Source: Acaryochloris thomasi RCC1774
Lineage (GTDB): Bacteria; Cyanobacteriota; Cyanobacteriia; Thermosynechococcales; Thermosynechococcaceae
Direction: 5' to 3'
Length of the DNA stretch: 32,000 nt
NCBI RefSeq assembly: GCF_003231495.1
Contig: NZ_PQWO01000030.1
Location: 9,522 to 41,521 of the forward strand
Below the pieces are notes generated by a model. That model ran no database searches. It was given only the letters and a program-made list of their open reading frames with translations, and was not told the DNA's origin. The position numbers were made by a program, and so were the translations under genes. Every line of letters begins with the position of its first letter. Within the stretch, counting starts at the first letter, position 1. Of the stretch, positions 1 to 9,061 are shown piece after piece.

Positions 1-228
1 AATTCTACAGGAGGCTCTATACTTATTGATGAATTTGAAGTTGTAGATACTGATGCAGATGCCTCTACTAGCGAGGCTTTTATTGCCTATAGTAAAAGCA
101 CAGGTAATCTCTTCTATAATGAGAATGGGATTGCTGCTGGTTTGGGTTCAGGAGATCAGTTCGCAACTCTGCAAGGTGCTCCAGATATTAGTACTTCTGA
201 TTTCATTGTGACAGACTTTAGTATTTAG
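1..228 (+). CDS. 3' end of a larger gene running off the left edge; C-terminal tail of a probable secreted RTX/hemolysin-type-like exoprotein
   Basis: Frame 1 is open from nt 1 to TAG at 226-228. It translates to ...STGNLFYNENGIAAGLGSGDQFATLQGAPDISTSDFIVTDFSI*. The LFYNxNG...FAxLxGAPxxxxDFxV tail resembles C-termini of cyanobacterial Ca-binding exoproteins as I recall them (memory only). The segment is low in GC. Confidence 0.4.
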   Translation, partial: NSTGGSILIDEFEVVDTDADASTSEAFIAYSKSTGNLFYNENGIAAGLGSGDQFATLQGAPDISTSDFIVTDFSI

Positions 229-611
229 GCTGCCTGTAATATATGGAGGGCTTAGTTTGCAGCTTGAAGTAAATCCCTTCATGTATTTCGTTCGCATAGA
301 AAACTGAAGAAATATGGTAGCTAATCTAAAAATGAGTCAAACTGAGAACATTTCTACTTCCTTAAAAATCAACTGCTTGTAAATGATTATATAAACAGCG
401 TGAACTATAGTTTTGTGTTGGAAGGTAGATGCAGGAACAGGAATTTATGTGTATTTTTCACAAGAGGAAATTGGTAGTGAGAACAAAATGATATTGTCTT
501 ATATTAAAGAACTAAATAGTATATTTTTTGCTCATGAGTAATTAGCCTGAATCTCTTGGTGTAAAAAAGCTATTAGGTCTGTTTCTCTCTGCTGTCCTAA
601 GATTTTTGTAC

Positions 612-3392
612 ATGGGAAAACAGTTTTGTCCCTCGATGCGGGTATTTGAAATATTAGTTTCTTTCGCCGTGACGTCAGTAGTACTTTTGGCTGAACCTCA
701 GCCAGCCTGGGGACAACTGAAAGGGCGACAGGAGCTGCAGATAAGAACAGAGCAACTAATCGAACAAGCTGTTTTGTCTCGGGACAAGCAAGAGTATCGT
801 GATGCACTCGCTCTTTTCGAAAGAGTATTGACTTCAACTCAGAGGCTAAATGATAAACCCTTCAACCTGATCGCGTTCTCTAACATTGGTTATATCTACG
901 CTGCTCTAGGTGAAAATCAAAAAGCTTTAAAGTATTTCAAGCGATCGTTGCGTCTTTCTCAAGCCGCCGAGGGGCAACAACAAGAAGCAACTACTCTCAA
1001 TAATATTGGTTATGTCTACGCAGCTATAGGTGAAAATCAAAATGCTCTGGAGCACTTTAACCAAGCGCTCCCATTATCTAGGGCTATAGGTGACCGTCGT
1101 GGAGAAGCGACCACCCTAAGTAATTTTGGATTGGTCTATGGTGCTTTAGGTGAGAACCAGAAGGCTCTGGAGCACTATAACCAAGCGCTACCGTTGTTCA
1201 GAAGTGTAGGGGATCGTCATGGAGAAGCAACAACCCTCAACAATATTGGTTTAGTCTATGCTGCTCTCGGCGAAAATCAGAAAGCCCTATGGCACTATAA
1301 CCAATCGCTTCTTCTATTTAGAGCTGTGGGCAATCGCGGAGGAGAAGCAACAACCCTTAATAATATTGGTTTGGGCTACGCTGCTCTCGGCGAAAATCAG
1401 AAAGCCCTATGGTACTACGGCCAATCGCTGCCGTTATCGAATGTTGTGGGCAACCAACGCGGGGAAGCTGGAGCCTTAAACAATATTGGTTATTCCTATG
1501 CTGCTCTTGGTGATAATCAGAAGGCCCTGAAGTACTTTTACCAAGCATTACCTTTATCGAGAGCTGTGGGTGATCGCAGCGGCGAGGCAACCGCCCTTAA
1601 TAATATCGGCCTGAGCTACGCTACGTTGGCTAAATACAAGAAGGCTCTGAAGTACTATCGCCAGTCACTCCCATTGTCTAGAGCCGTAGGTGACCGACGT
1701 CTTGAGGCGGCTACTCTGAATAATCTAGGGGTTCTCCTTGCTAGTCAAAAGCAGCCCTTACTTGCGATTATCTTCTATAAACAGTCGATCAACATCACTG
1801 AGTCACTTCGCGCAGATATCAGTAATCTTGCTCAAGATGTTCAGCAATCGTTCACTAACTCTATTTCTTCTCGGTATCGCCGTCTTGCTAATCTTCTTCT
1901 TCAACAGGACCGGATCATAGAAGCTCAACAAGTGCTTGACCTACTTAAGCTCCAAGAACTTGACGAGTATTTTGGAGATGTTAGAGGCAATCTTGAAACG
2001 CAGAAAGGTGTCACGGTTCAGCGCTCTGAAAAAGCTATCCTTGACAAATTTAATGAGTTTCAAAGTGCGATCGAATTAGGTGCTGAGCTAGCAGAATTGC
2101 GTAATGTTCCTCTCGCAGAACGGACTGAAGCTCAGATGCGCCGCCTCACAGAGTTGATCGCATTTGAAGAAGCTATCAATGCAGACTTTAATGAGTTTAC
2201 ACAAAGTAAAACTGTCAAAAAAGCTCTCAAGCAACTTAACAGAACAGCTCAGCATCGAACTGTTGCTCTGGATGAACTTGATGCTCTTAGAGCAAACCTA
2301 GGAAAGCTAAATGCTGTTTTGCTTTATCCATTTATTCTTGAAGATCGCTTAGAGCTGATTATCACAACGTCAAATAGCGCACCTCTACGACGTGTTGTAC
2401 CCGTGTCCCGAGAACAACTAAATCAAGCTATCGTTGACTTTCGCTTAGCTCTCGAAGATCGTAAAAGTTCAAATGTTCAACGCCTTGCCAACAAGCTTTA
2501 TGAGTGGTTAATACAGCCTATTGAAGCTGATCTGCAACAGGCCAATGCAGAAGTGATTATCTATGCTCCTGATCGACAGTTGCGCTATATTCCTCTTTCC
2601 GCGCTTCATGATGGCGAGCAATGGTTAGTCCAGCGATTGCAAGTCAATAACATTACGGCCAAGTCCTTGAGTAATCTGGAGTCACAGTTAGATTCAAACC
2701 TCAACGTCCTTGCTGGCGCATTTGTGCAAGGGCAGTATCGGTTTAATATTGGCTCACAGAGTTACAGTTACTCGGGTCTCCGCTATGCCGGTGAGGAAGT
2801 AACTCAATTGGCTGCGATGATTCCCGATACGACCCAATACCGGGACAAGGCTTTTAGCAAAGTTACGTTCCAATCACTGATGAACGAATATCAGATTGTC
2901 CATTTTGCAACTCATTCAACATTCTTGCCAGGTCAACCTGAAGATTCATTCATTTTGTTTGGCAATGGTGATCGTGCAACTCTTCGTGAGATTGGTAATT
3001 GGTCATTATTCAACGTTGATTTAGTTGTCCTCAGTGCCTGCGGAACGGCCCTTGGCGGTCAATTAGGGAATGGTGATGAGATCTTAGGGCTTGGCTATCA
3101 ATTTCAAAATCGGGGTGCAAAGGCAACGATTGCTTCTCTTTGGTCGGTCGACGATCGCGGAACACTGCAGCTAATGAGTGCTTTGTATGACAACCTCAAG
3201 AATGGTGGAATATCTAAAACAGAAGCATTACAACAAGCCAAGATTGATCTAATTACAGGAAAGAATATACTGAATGCTGTGGTGAATGAAAATCAGTCCA
3301 TTACTGATTCTGGTGACTTACCAAAGCCGTATAACTATCTCAAGCATCCTTATTATTGGGCACCATTTATCTTGATTGGGAATGGTTTATGA
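612..3392 (+). CDS. TPR-repeat CHAT-domain protein (caspase-like peptidase), paralog 1, with signal-peptide-like N-terminus
   Basis: 928-aa ORF. The TTG at 606 is followed by ATG at 612 and at 636. The N-terminus is hydrophobic (MRVFEILVSFAVTSVVLLAEP). Eight 40-aa TPR-like units follow (EATTLNNIGxVYAALGENQKALxxYNQALPLxRAVGDRxG). The central helical segment LLLQQDRIIEAQQVLDLLKLQELDEYF is typical of CHAT proteins. The C-terminal CHAT dyad is intact: HFATHS (His codon 2913-2915) and LSACGTALG (Cys codon 3039-3041). It ends with the typical HPYYWAPFILIGN tail. Confidence 0.9.
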   Translation: MGKQFCPSMRVFEILVSFAVTSVVLLAEPQPAWGQLKGRQELQIRTEQLIEQAVLSRDKQEYRDALALFERVLTSTQRLNDKPFNLIAFSNIGYIYAALGENQKALKYFKRSLRLSQAAEGQQQEATTLNNIGYVYAAIGENQNALEHFNQALPLSRAIGDRRGEATTLSNFGLVYGALGENQKALEHYNQALPLFRSVGDRHGEATTLNNIGLVYAALGENQKALWHYNQSLLLFRAVGNRGGEATTLNNIGLGYAALGENQKALWYYGQSLPLSNVVGNQRGEAGALNNIGYSYAALGDNQKALKYFYQALPLSRAVGDRSGEATALNNIGLSYATLAKYKKALKYYRQSLPLSRAVGDRRLEAATLNNLGVLLASQKQPLLAIIFYKQSINITESLRADISNLAQDVQQSFTNSISSRYRRLANLLLQQDRIIEAQQVLDLLKLQELDEYFGDVRGNLETQKGVTVQRSEKAILDKFNEFQSAIELGAELAELRNVPLAERTEAQMRRLTELIAFEEAINADFNEFTQSKTVKKALKQLNRTAQHRTVALDELDALRANLGKLNAVLLYPFILEDRLELIITTSNSAPLRRVVPVSREQLNQAIVDFRLALEDRKSSNVQRLANKLYEWLIQPIEADLQQANAEVIIYAPDRQLRYIPLSALHDGEQWLVQRLQVNNITAKSLSNLESQLDSNLNVLAGAFVQGQYRFNIGSQSYSYSGLRYAGEEVTQLAAMIPDTTQYRDKAFSKVTFQSLMNEYQIVHFATHSTFLPGQPEDSFILFGNGDRATLREIGNWSLFNVDLVVLSACGTALGGQLGNGDEILGLGYQFQNRGAKATIASLWSVDDRGTLQLMSALYDNLKNGGISKTEALQQAKIDLITGKNILNAVVNENQSITDSGDLPKPYNYLKHPYYWAPFILIGNGL
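864..1823 (+). repeat. In-frame tandem array of 8 x 120-bp (40-aa) TPR units inside the CHAT paralog 1 gene
   Basis: The period is exactly 120 nt. Adjacent units share long identical DNA runs; for example, 1261-1292 (ctgctctcggcgaaaatcagaaagccctatgg) is identical to 1381-1412. Confidence 0.9.
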
Positions 3393-3394
3393 GC

Positions 3395-3771
3395 TGAATC
3401 CGTCAGCACTGAGTAGCCAAATTTAACTGATGGGCATGATACCCCCATCTCTTTCCTCTCTTTGGTTCATATCACTTGAAATAACACCTCCAGTTCCTCA
3501 ACGCCCTGCATGAGCTTCTCTCTTCGATCAGAAAGACACACCGATTCTGTCATTTGAGTGCGTGGCCTCAAAAAGTTCGCCACTCCTCGATAGCTCAGCT
3601 TGTATCTCTCTCAAAGCAGAAAGACCTGAAATACTATGTCAGTGGGGACTTCAATGAAGTTGAAGTGTGTGCCAGTCCGTTCGTTATAGGTTCGGCGGCA
3701 TTGCTTGCACCGGAACATGGTGTATCCCAAGTTGGTCTGACGCTGGAGGTCAGGCAGTGAGGACAATCCAT
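3395..3771 (-). pseudogene. Decayed, 3'-truncated IS6-family-like transposase (N-terminal zinc-finger/HTH part only, multiple frameshifts)
   Basis: The minus strand from ATG (3771-3769) reads MDCPHCLTSSVRP. After a frameshift it reads LGYTMFRCKQCRRTYNERTGTHFNFIEVPTDIVFQVFLL*, with the stop at 3613-3611. Shifted frames then give RYKLSYRG, then GELFEATHSNDRI, then a weak GKRWGY. This follows the order of IS6/IS240-type transposase N-termini (CPxC...FRCKxCxRxFNERTGTPFN...YPTD...RYKLSLRD...FTHE...). There is no intact frame and no DDE core. Confidence 0.6.
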
Positions 3772-3928
3772 GAAAGGTAGGTAGGGAAGGGCATAGGCTT
3801 AGATTGTATCAGAGGGGTGTCACTCACTGTTGGCTACTCACTCTTGACAGTTTCGACCCATGGACTTGAATAGGATTCAGTACAGTTGAGTGGTTGAATG
3901 AAATCTTGGCCCTACTTTTTGAGTCACC

Positions 3929-5203
3929 ATGCTGCAACTGCTCAGTCTTGGCCTCTTGCCCCTGTGGCTCGAAACCGCGAATATCTTACAGCCTCCTGAA
4001 ATTGCGATTCAACAGCCGCTCGATCTGCTGATGATTAATCATCCTGATCGAGGCGTCGAAACTGTTATTGACGACTATCTTGCCAATCTAGAGCAGCAGG
4101 GCTTCTCTTCGCAGAATCAGGGCATTTGGCTTCAGACCTCCGATCAGCTTTTGGCCTACCACGGAGCCGATCAGCCTTTGTCAGGGGCCTCGCTGACCAA
4201 GGTTGCTACGACTCTTGCGGCCCTCAAAACCTGGACGTTAGATCATCAGTTTGTCACCGACGTTAGCGTCACTGGTCCCATCCAGCAGGGCGTGCTGCAG
4301 GGGGATTTAATAATTCACGGTGGCAACGATCCCCTTTTTGTGGGAGGAGAAGCTATTGGCCTAGGTGCTGTCCTCAATCAGCTTGGGATTCAGCAAATTG
4401 CCGGGAACCTCGTGATCTCTGGTCCGTTCGTCATGGAATTTCAGAGCAACCCGCAACAGTCAGGACAGCTCTTGCTGAATGGATTCAATGGTCAAGTACT
4501 GCCGGGTGATCCAAAATATCCTAAATATAATCTTTCTACTGCTGCGGTTCCCCTCCCTAAAATTAGCCTTAAGGGCCGCATTGTAGCGGGCAGCAGCCAA
4601 CGAAAGGGGCAGGTCATTGTGCAGCACCGATCTTTGCCGATGCTCGAAATTTTGAAGCAGCTCAACGTCCACAGTAACAATCACGTTGCCGACCAGCTGG
4701 CACAACTGATGGGTGGGTCATCTGTGGTGGTGCAGAAAGTCGCGGCTGAAGGTATTCCTGCCCAAGAGGTGCTCTTAATCAATGGCTCCGGCCTTGGGCA
4801 AGACAATCGAGTGTCGCCCCGAGCAGTGGCAGGACTTTTTCAAGCGATTGAGCGCCATCTGCAGCCCCAAAATCTGACGGTTGCCGATCTATTCCCGGTG
4901 GCGGGGCGTGATTTTGGCACGATTAAAGAGCGCAACCTCCCGGCCGCAGCGGTGGTCAAGACCGGAACGCTATGGAACGTCAGTGCCCTAGCGGGGGTTT
5001 TGCCCACGCGTAAATATGGTCCCGTCTGGTTCACGGTTATTAACGGCGGTCCCAGCAATACTGAAGGCTTTCGCCAAGCGCAGGATCGCTTTTTGCAGAC
5101 CCTCAGCCAGCGCTGGGGGCGTACAGATCGATCGGTATGGACAGCCCCAACCCGCACTCATCAGTTTGGAGAGCCAGAGCGCAATCAAGTGTTGAAGCCC
5201 TGA
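3929..5203 (+). CDS. dacB: D-alanyl-D-alanine carboxypeptidase/endopeptidase (PBP4, peptidase S13 family)
   Basis: 424 aa. All three penicillin-binding motifs are present in order: SLTK (SxxK, in GASLTKVAT), SNN (SxN, in HSNNHVAD) and KTGT (VVKTGTL). The N-terminus is hydrophobic. Confidence 0.85.
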   Translation: MLQLLSLGLLPLWLETANILQPPEIAIQQPLDLLMINHPDRGVETVIDDYLANLEQQGFSSQNQGIWLQTSDQLLAYHGADQPLSGASLTKVATTLAALKTWTLDHQFVTDVSVTGPIQQGVLQGDLIIHGGNDPLFVGGEAIGLGAVLNQLGIQQIAGNLVISGPFVMEFQSNPQQSGQLLLNGFNGQVLPGDPKYPKYNLSTAAVPLPKISLKGRIVAGSSQRKGQVIVQHRSLPMLEILKQLNVHSNNHVADQLAQLMGGSSVVVQKVAAEGIPAQEVLLINGSGLGQDNRVSPRAVAGLFQAIERHLQPQNLTVADLFPVAGRDFGTIKERNLPAAAVVKTGTLWNVSALAGVLPTRKYGPVWFTVINGGPSNTEGFRQAQDRFLQTLSQRWGRTDRSVWTAPTRTHQFGEPERNQVLKP

Positions 5204-5392
5204 GTATTGCGGCACTCCCAGAAATGCCACTCACAACAGACGTTGAGTTAGGACAGCCTTTTCATAACGGATATTGTGTTCATTCAACTGAATGTCCTCA
5301 TTAATTTCTTATCGGTCTATCGATTGATGGAGTTTGCTCTCCCCTGGAATCCATCGTTGAGACGATGTCTGATGGTGGTTGGATTTGATGCA

Positions 5393-5971
5393 ATGAAAAT
5401 GGAGACGACACAAGGACTATCAAAAAATATGCGTTCCATTAATATTGGCCTTACTGAAGAGCAGCGTCACGGCGTCATGCAGCTTCTCAATCAGGATCTA
5501 GCGGATATGTATCTGCTGGTGATCAAAACCAAGAAATATCATTGGGATGTCGTCGGGCCACAGTTTAGAACTTTGCACCAGCTTTGGGAAGAACACTACA
5601 GCGCCCTGGGCTTGAACATTGACGCCTGCGCAGAGCGTATTCGTGCTTTAGGCGGCTATCCTGTCGGTACCGCGAAGGACTTCATTGAGCTGGCCACCAT
5701 TAAAGAACACTCAGGCGATTTGCCGTCTGCAACTGAAATGGTCTCTCGCTTGGTCGAAGATCATGAAATGATTATCCGTAACTTAAGAGGTCATATTGAC
5801 CAGTGCGGTCAGTCCTTCCATGACGAAGGGACAGCAGATTTTCTCACCGGTCTAATGGAAGCCCATGAGGAAATGGCTTGGATGCTGCGTTCCTTTATCG
5901 AAGGACAATCGCTGGAATCAAGTGGCGCGCGGCCTCGATCAGAAATTCAGGTTCCTGCTGGTGTGAGCTAA
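5393..5971 (+). CDS. dps: Dps family ferritin-like DNA-protection protein
   Basis: The ORF is open from GTG at 5276, but the first ATG pair is at 5393/5399 (MKMETTQ). Dps signature: LNQDLADMYLLVIKTKKYHWDVVGPQFRTLHQLWEEHY ... DHEMIIRNLR. The start choice is uncertain. Confidence 0.85.
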   Translation: MKMETTQGLSKNMRSINIGLTEEQRHGVMQLLNQDLADMYLLVIKTKKYHWDVVGPQFRTLHQLWEEHYSALGLNIDACAERIRALGGYPVGTAKDFIELATIKEHSGDLPSATEMVSRLVEDHEMIIRNLRGHIDQCGQSFHDEGTADFLTGLMEAHEEMAWMLRSFIEGQSLESSGARPRSEIQVPAGVS

Positions 5972-6038
5972 CCCGCAAGCCTAATGGCTAAAAATTCATG
6001 TCATCCCATAAGATTTGAGGGTGCGATCGATGTCCTAG

Positions 6039-6063
6039 AAAGGATGCGATCGCATCCTTTTTG
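6039..6063 (+). terminator. Intrinsic terminator built on a HIP1 palindrome, downstream of dps
   Basis: aaaggatgcgatcgcatccttt is a perfect 22-nt palindrome (6039-6060) running into a T tract (ccttttt). It lies 68 nt after the dps stop. Confidence 0.55.
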
Positions 6064-6149
6064 GCGGTCATTTACGTTAGGGTGGCCGTAGTCTGCCTGT
6101 TAGGTTTAGGCAATACGATTCAATCTATAAAGGAAAATAAGAAAGCGCT

Positions 6150-7802
6150 GTGATATCGGGTTTAACGCAAACGACCTCTCGTCAACGAGATATTGTCGAA
6201 GTTGTTTTCCGCAACGGCTGGGACTACATGCGGCAGTTGCTGACCGGTGGCAAAGCCGGAACACCAGATCTGCCCACACCGGCTGTCCTTCGCAACATCT
6301 TGGTCGACCTCGGCCCTGTGTACGTCAAGCTCGGGCAGTTGCTGAGCACCCGCCCAGATATCTTACCCGCGAGCTATATTGAGGTTCTCTCAACGCTGCA
6401 GAGCGAGGTGCCGCCGGTCTCTTGGGTTGAGATCGAGACTCTGATCCGTCAAGAGCTTCCTGGATCTTTGAATCAAACCTTTACTCAAATTAATCCGCAG
6501 CCCATTGCAGCCGGATCTATTGGACAGATTCATCGCGCTAAGTTGACCAATGGTCAAGAGGTTGTGCTGAAGGTGCAGCGACCTGGAATTGATGCCGTTG
6601 TCGACCAAGATATCGCCTTGATTCGGAGTTTAGCTGAGCTGGCCAGCCGCACGGACTTGGGTAAAGACTACGACCTACAGGCAACTGCGGAGGAATTTAC
6701 TGAAGCACTGCTCAACGAGCTTGATTTCAGGTTAGAGGCCCGCCACACCGATCAGCTGCGTGCCAATATGTCTGAGAGCCGCTGGTTTGACTCGAAGCAA
6801 CTGGTGCTCCCCAAGATTTATTGGGAGTGCAGCACAAAAAAGCTACTGGTAATGGAGTGGCTCGATGGTGAATCGCTGCTGACCGTGAAGTCGGCCCAGA
6901 TCAAAGCTGGGGGCATTACGGATGAAAAGCGCCGTGAGGTAACGACGCTGCTGTTTCGGGCTTTTCTGCAGCAGTTTTACATCGATGGTTTTTTCCACGC
7001 TGATCCTCATCCAGGGAACTTGTTCTATTTGCGGGACGGTCGGGTGGCGCTGCTGGACTGCGGGATGGTGGGTCGAATTGATCCAAATACGCAGCAAATT
7101 TTAACGGAGCTGCTGCTGGCCATTGTGGATATTGATGCCCAGCGGTGTGCCCAGCTAACGCTCCAGCTCGCTGAGTCTAAGCGAACGGCAAATCTAGCGA
7201 GTTTAGAGGTCGATTTTGAGCGGCTTTTGAGAAAGTACTATAACCGCAGTCTCGCTGAGATCAACTTGGGTGAGGTTTTATTTGAGACGCTGCAGGTGGC
7301 GCGCGAGAACAAGCTGAAGCTACCCGGAAATATTGGCCTGTATGTTAAAGCTCTTGCTAATCTAGAGGGCGCAGCACGTACTTTTGATCCTAAGTTCAAT
7401 GTTTTAGATGAAGTGAAGCCGCTGATGGGCGACCTGTTCCGTCGTCAGCTCATTGGAGAAGAACCCATTCCAACGCTGTTGCGGACGGCGCTTGATTTGA
7501 AGGGACTGACGTTGCGATCGCCCCGTCTCGCAGAACTGCTACTCGATCGGGTCACCTCCGAGACGCTGCAGTGGAATATCAACTTGGGAGGCGGCTTAGA
7601 AAGCCTGCCTGCGACTCAGGCCGATGCCGCTAACCGTCTATCTTTCAGTATTTTAGTGGGGTCTCTAATTGTGGGAGCGGCCCTGATCTCTTCAACTGAG
7701 ATGACGGCGATTTATTGGTTGAGCAATACGTTGTTTGCGGTCGCTAGTTTCCTGGGTTTGTGGTTAATTATTAGTATTTTGCGCTCCGGCCAGTTGAGAT
7801 AA
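6150..7802 (+). CDS. ABC1/UbiB (AarF) atypical kinase family protein with C-terminal TM segments
   Basis: 550 aa, GTG start. Motifs: AAGSIGQIHRAKL, VLKVQRPG, FFHADPHPGNLF, LLDCGMVGR. The C-terminal tail is hydrophobic (SILVGSLIVGAALI..., FLGLWLIISIL). Confidence 0.85.
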   Translation: MISGLTQTTSRQRDIVEVVFRNGWDYMRQLLTGGKAGTPDLPTPAVLRNILVDLGPVYVKLGQLLSTRPDILPASYIEVLSTLQSEVPPVSWVEIETLIRQELPGSLNQTFTQINPQPIAAGSIGQIHRAKLTNGQEVVLKVQRPGIDAVVDQDIALIRSLAELASRTDLGKDYDLQATAEEFTEALLNELDFRLEARHTDQLRANMSESRWFDSKQLVLPKIYWECSTKKLLVMEWLDGESLLTVKSAQIKAGGITDEKRREVTTLLFRAFLQQFYIDGFFHADPHPGNLFYLRDGRVALLDCGMVGRIDPNTQQILTELLLAIVDIDAQRCAQLTLQLAESKRTANLASLEVDFERLLRKYYNRSLAEINLGEVLFETLQVARENKLKLPGNIGLYVKALANLEGAARTFDPKFNVLDEVKPLMGDLFRRQLIGEEPIPTLLRTALDLKGLTLRSPRLAELLLDRVTSETLQWNINLGGGLESLPATQADAANRLSFSILVGSLIVGAALISSTEMTAIYWLSNTLFAVASFLGLWLIISILRSGQLR

Positions 7803-8136
7803 ATGTGAGTTATTTCGACACCCTTCTCTAAGAAGTTCAGCCATCATATTGGAACCATTTGGGTGTTTATTCATCACTACAGTGAGATGATGAGACAAAA
7901 GCAACAGCGTTACCATGCACAACGGCCTATCTTTCTACCTCAACGTTATTCCTTCTCAAGACCTATCTTTTTCAAAATGCCCAGTGAGTGCTGAACTAGA
8001 TCTAGCCGAATGGGCAGGTCAAATGTTCAAGGTTAATTAGGCCAGCCCTTGCGAGAATTAGTGATTGGGCTAGACAAAACATTTGAATTAGCCTAGATTT
8101 GAAGCGACTCATCCATCTCAAAGGTACTTTTTTACC

Positions 8137-8544
8137 ATGGCAAAAAAGAAAGCAGTTTCCAAGAAGAAGTCTGATGCAGAGCAGCAAGATACTAAGCCCC
8201 TAACGGGTAAAGAATTACTGACCAAGCTACAGAGCCTCTCCCACCTTTCTAAGCGTGAAAAAGCAAAGGAATGTGGCTATGCAACGGTGAACGGTAAGGG
8301 AACACGAGTCAACCTTAGTCAGTTCATGACGGCAATTTTAGAGGCAAGGGGTCTGTCTCTGGAGCCAGCATCAAGTGACGGTCGGGGTCGAGAGGCAACC
8401 TATCGCGTTAAAGTTCATAAGAACGGTCAAATCGTGATCGGGTCTGCCTACACTGAAAAGATGGGATTGCAAGTGGGTGATGAGTTTGAAATCAAATTGG
8501 GATACAAGCATATTCATCTCAATCAAATTTCTGAGTCAACATAA
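8137..8544 (+). CDS. cyAbrB-type (cyanobacterial AbrB-family) transcriptional regulator
   Basis: 135 aa. The lysine-rich N-terminus is MAKKKAVSKKK...LTGKELL. The C-terminal AbrB/SpoVT-like domain is GRGREATYRVKVHKNGQIVIGSAYTEKMGLQVGDEFEIKLGYKHIHL. This closely matches the Sll0822/Sll0359-type cyAbrB proteins as I remember them. Confidence 0.85.
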   Translation: MAKKKAVSKKKSDAEQQDTKPLTGKELLTKLQSLSHLSKREKAKECGYATVNGKGTRVNLSQFMTAILEARGLSLEPASSDGRGREATYRVKVHKNGQIVIGSAYTEKMGLQVGDEFEIKLGYKHIHLNQISEST

Positions 8545-8635
8545 ATATCGGTAATCGCTTTTGAACCGGTTGATCAACTGGCTGCAGAGGTCTATCTTTC
8601 CGAGTCGTCGAGTAAGCGTTGCAGCAGATGTTCTG

Positions 8636-9061
8636 ATGGACACTGCTAGACATCGCTTGGAGCAGTGCTTTGCTAATGACATTGTTCTGACTGGTTTGCT
8701 CCAGAGTCAACGCCGGTACTGGGGCAGCTTAGACGGTCAGACTCTGACACTTCATGGGCCAAATGCCAATAAACAGTTTCGCTTTTTAACCAGAGGCCAC
8801 TTAACTGAGCTACAGTCCCGAACCATTCTAGATATTCATATTTTATTGAGCAGAAATGATATTTTCTCGCTGCTGTTCGTGGCCGTCTTGCTGCTATTCG
8901 CGGTACCGCTGATGTTCCAAACACTCAGCATTTTTCTCTTGCCAGCGCTGCTGCTTTTTATCTATGGAATGCTTCAATGGCATTTTCAATGCTATGAAAA
9001 AGAGATTTCTCAGCTCTTGCTTGACATTATTACAGGTGTACAAACAGCTAAAGAGTCTTGA
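8636..9061 (+). CDS. Hypothetical small membrane protein (two C-terminal TM helices)
   Basis: The ORF is open from TTG at 8561; the first ATG is at 8636. Hydrophobic stretches are FSLLFVAVLLLFAVPLMF and SIFLLPALLLFIYGML. I recognise no family motif. Same strand as cyAbrB and immediately downstream of it. Confidence 0.35.
   Translation: MDTARHRLEQCFANDIVLTGLLQSQRRYWGSLDGQTLTLHGPNANKQFRFLTRGHLTELQSRTILDIHILLSRNDIFSLLFVAVLLLFAVPLMFQTLSIFLLPALLLFIYGMLQWHFQCYEKEISQLLLDIITGVQTAKES

Noticed and set aside
1258-1590. Track ORFs 1258-1479 (+) and 1357-1590 (-)
   Set aside because: They are alternative-frame and antisense shadows of the TPR repeat array. Their own sequences are repetitive echoes (e.g. 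LLSAKIRKPYG twice).
864-1823. Regular 120-nt periodic repeats that could superficially suggest a CRISPR-like or satellite array
   Set aside because: The repeats are in frame within one long ORF and encode canonical 40-aa TPR units. There is no repeat-spacer structure, and the period is too long for CRISPR.
3554-3760. 68-aa plus-strand ORF
   Set aside because: It lies antisense to a recognisable (though decayed) transposase reading frame and has no motif or start context of its own.
4460-5230. Several 60-105-aa minus-strand ORFs inside dacB
   Set aside because: They are fully nested antisense to a gene with all three PBP motifs. These are typical GC-rich shadow ORFs. The same reasoning applies to antisense ORFs inside the ABC1, hydrolase, AAA+, GDPD, hom, MltA-like, cydA/cydB and pentapeptide genes.
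5281-5294. Inverted repeat cattca-ac-tgaatg ~100 nt upstream of the dps ATG as a possible Fur/PerR operator
   Set aside because: It has only 6-bp arms, and I cannot match it convincingly to a Fur/PerR box consensus by eye. Such a match is plausible by chance in a 32-kb window.
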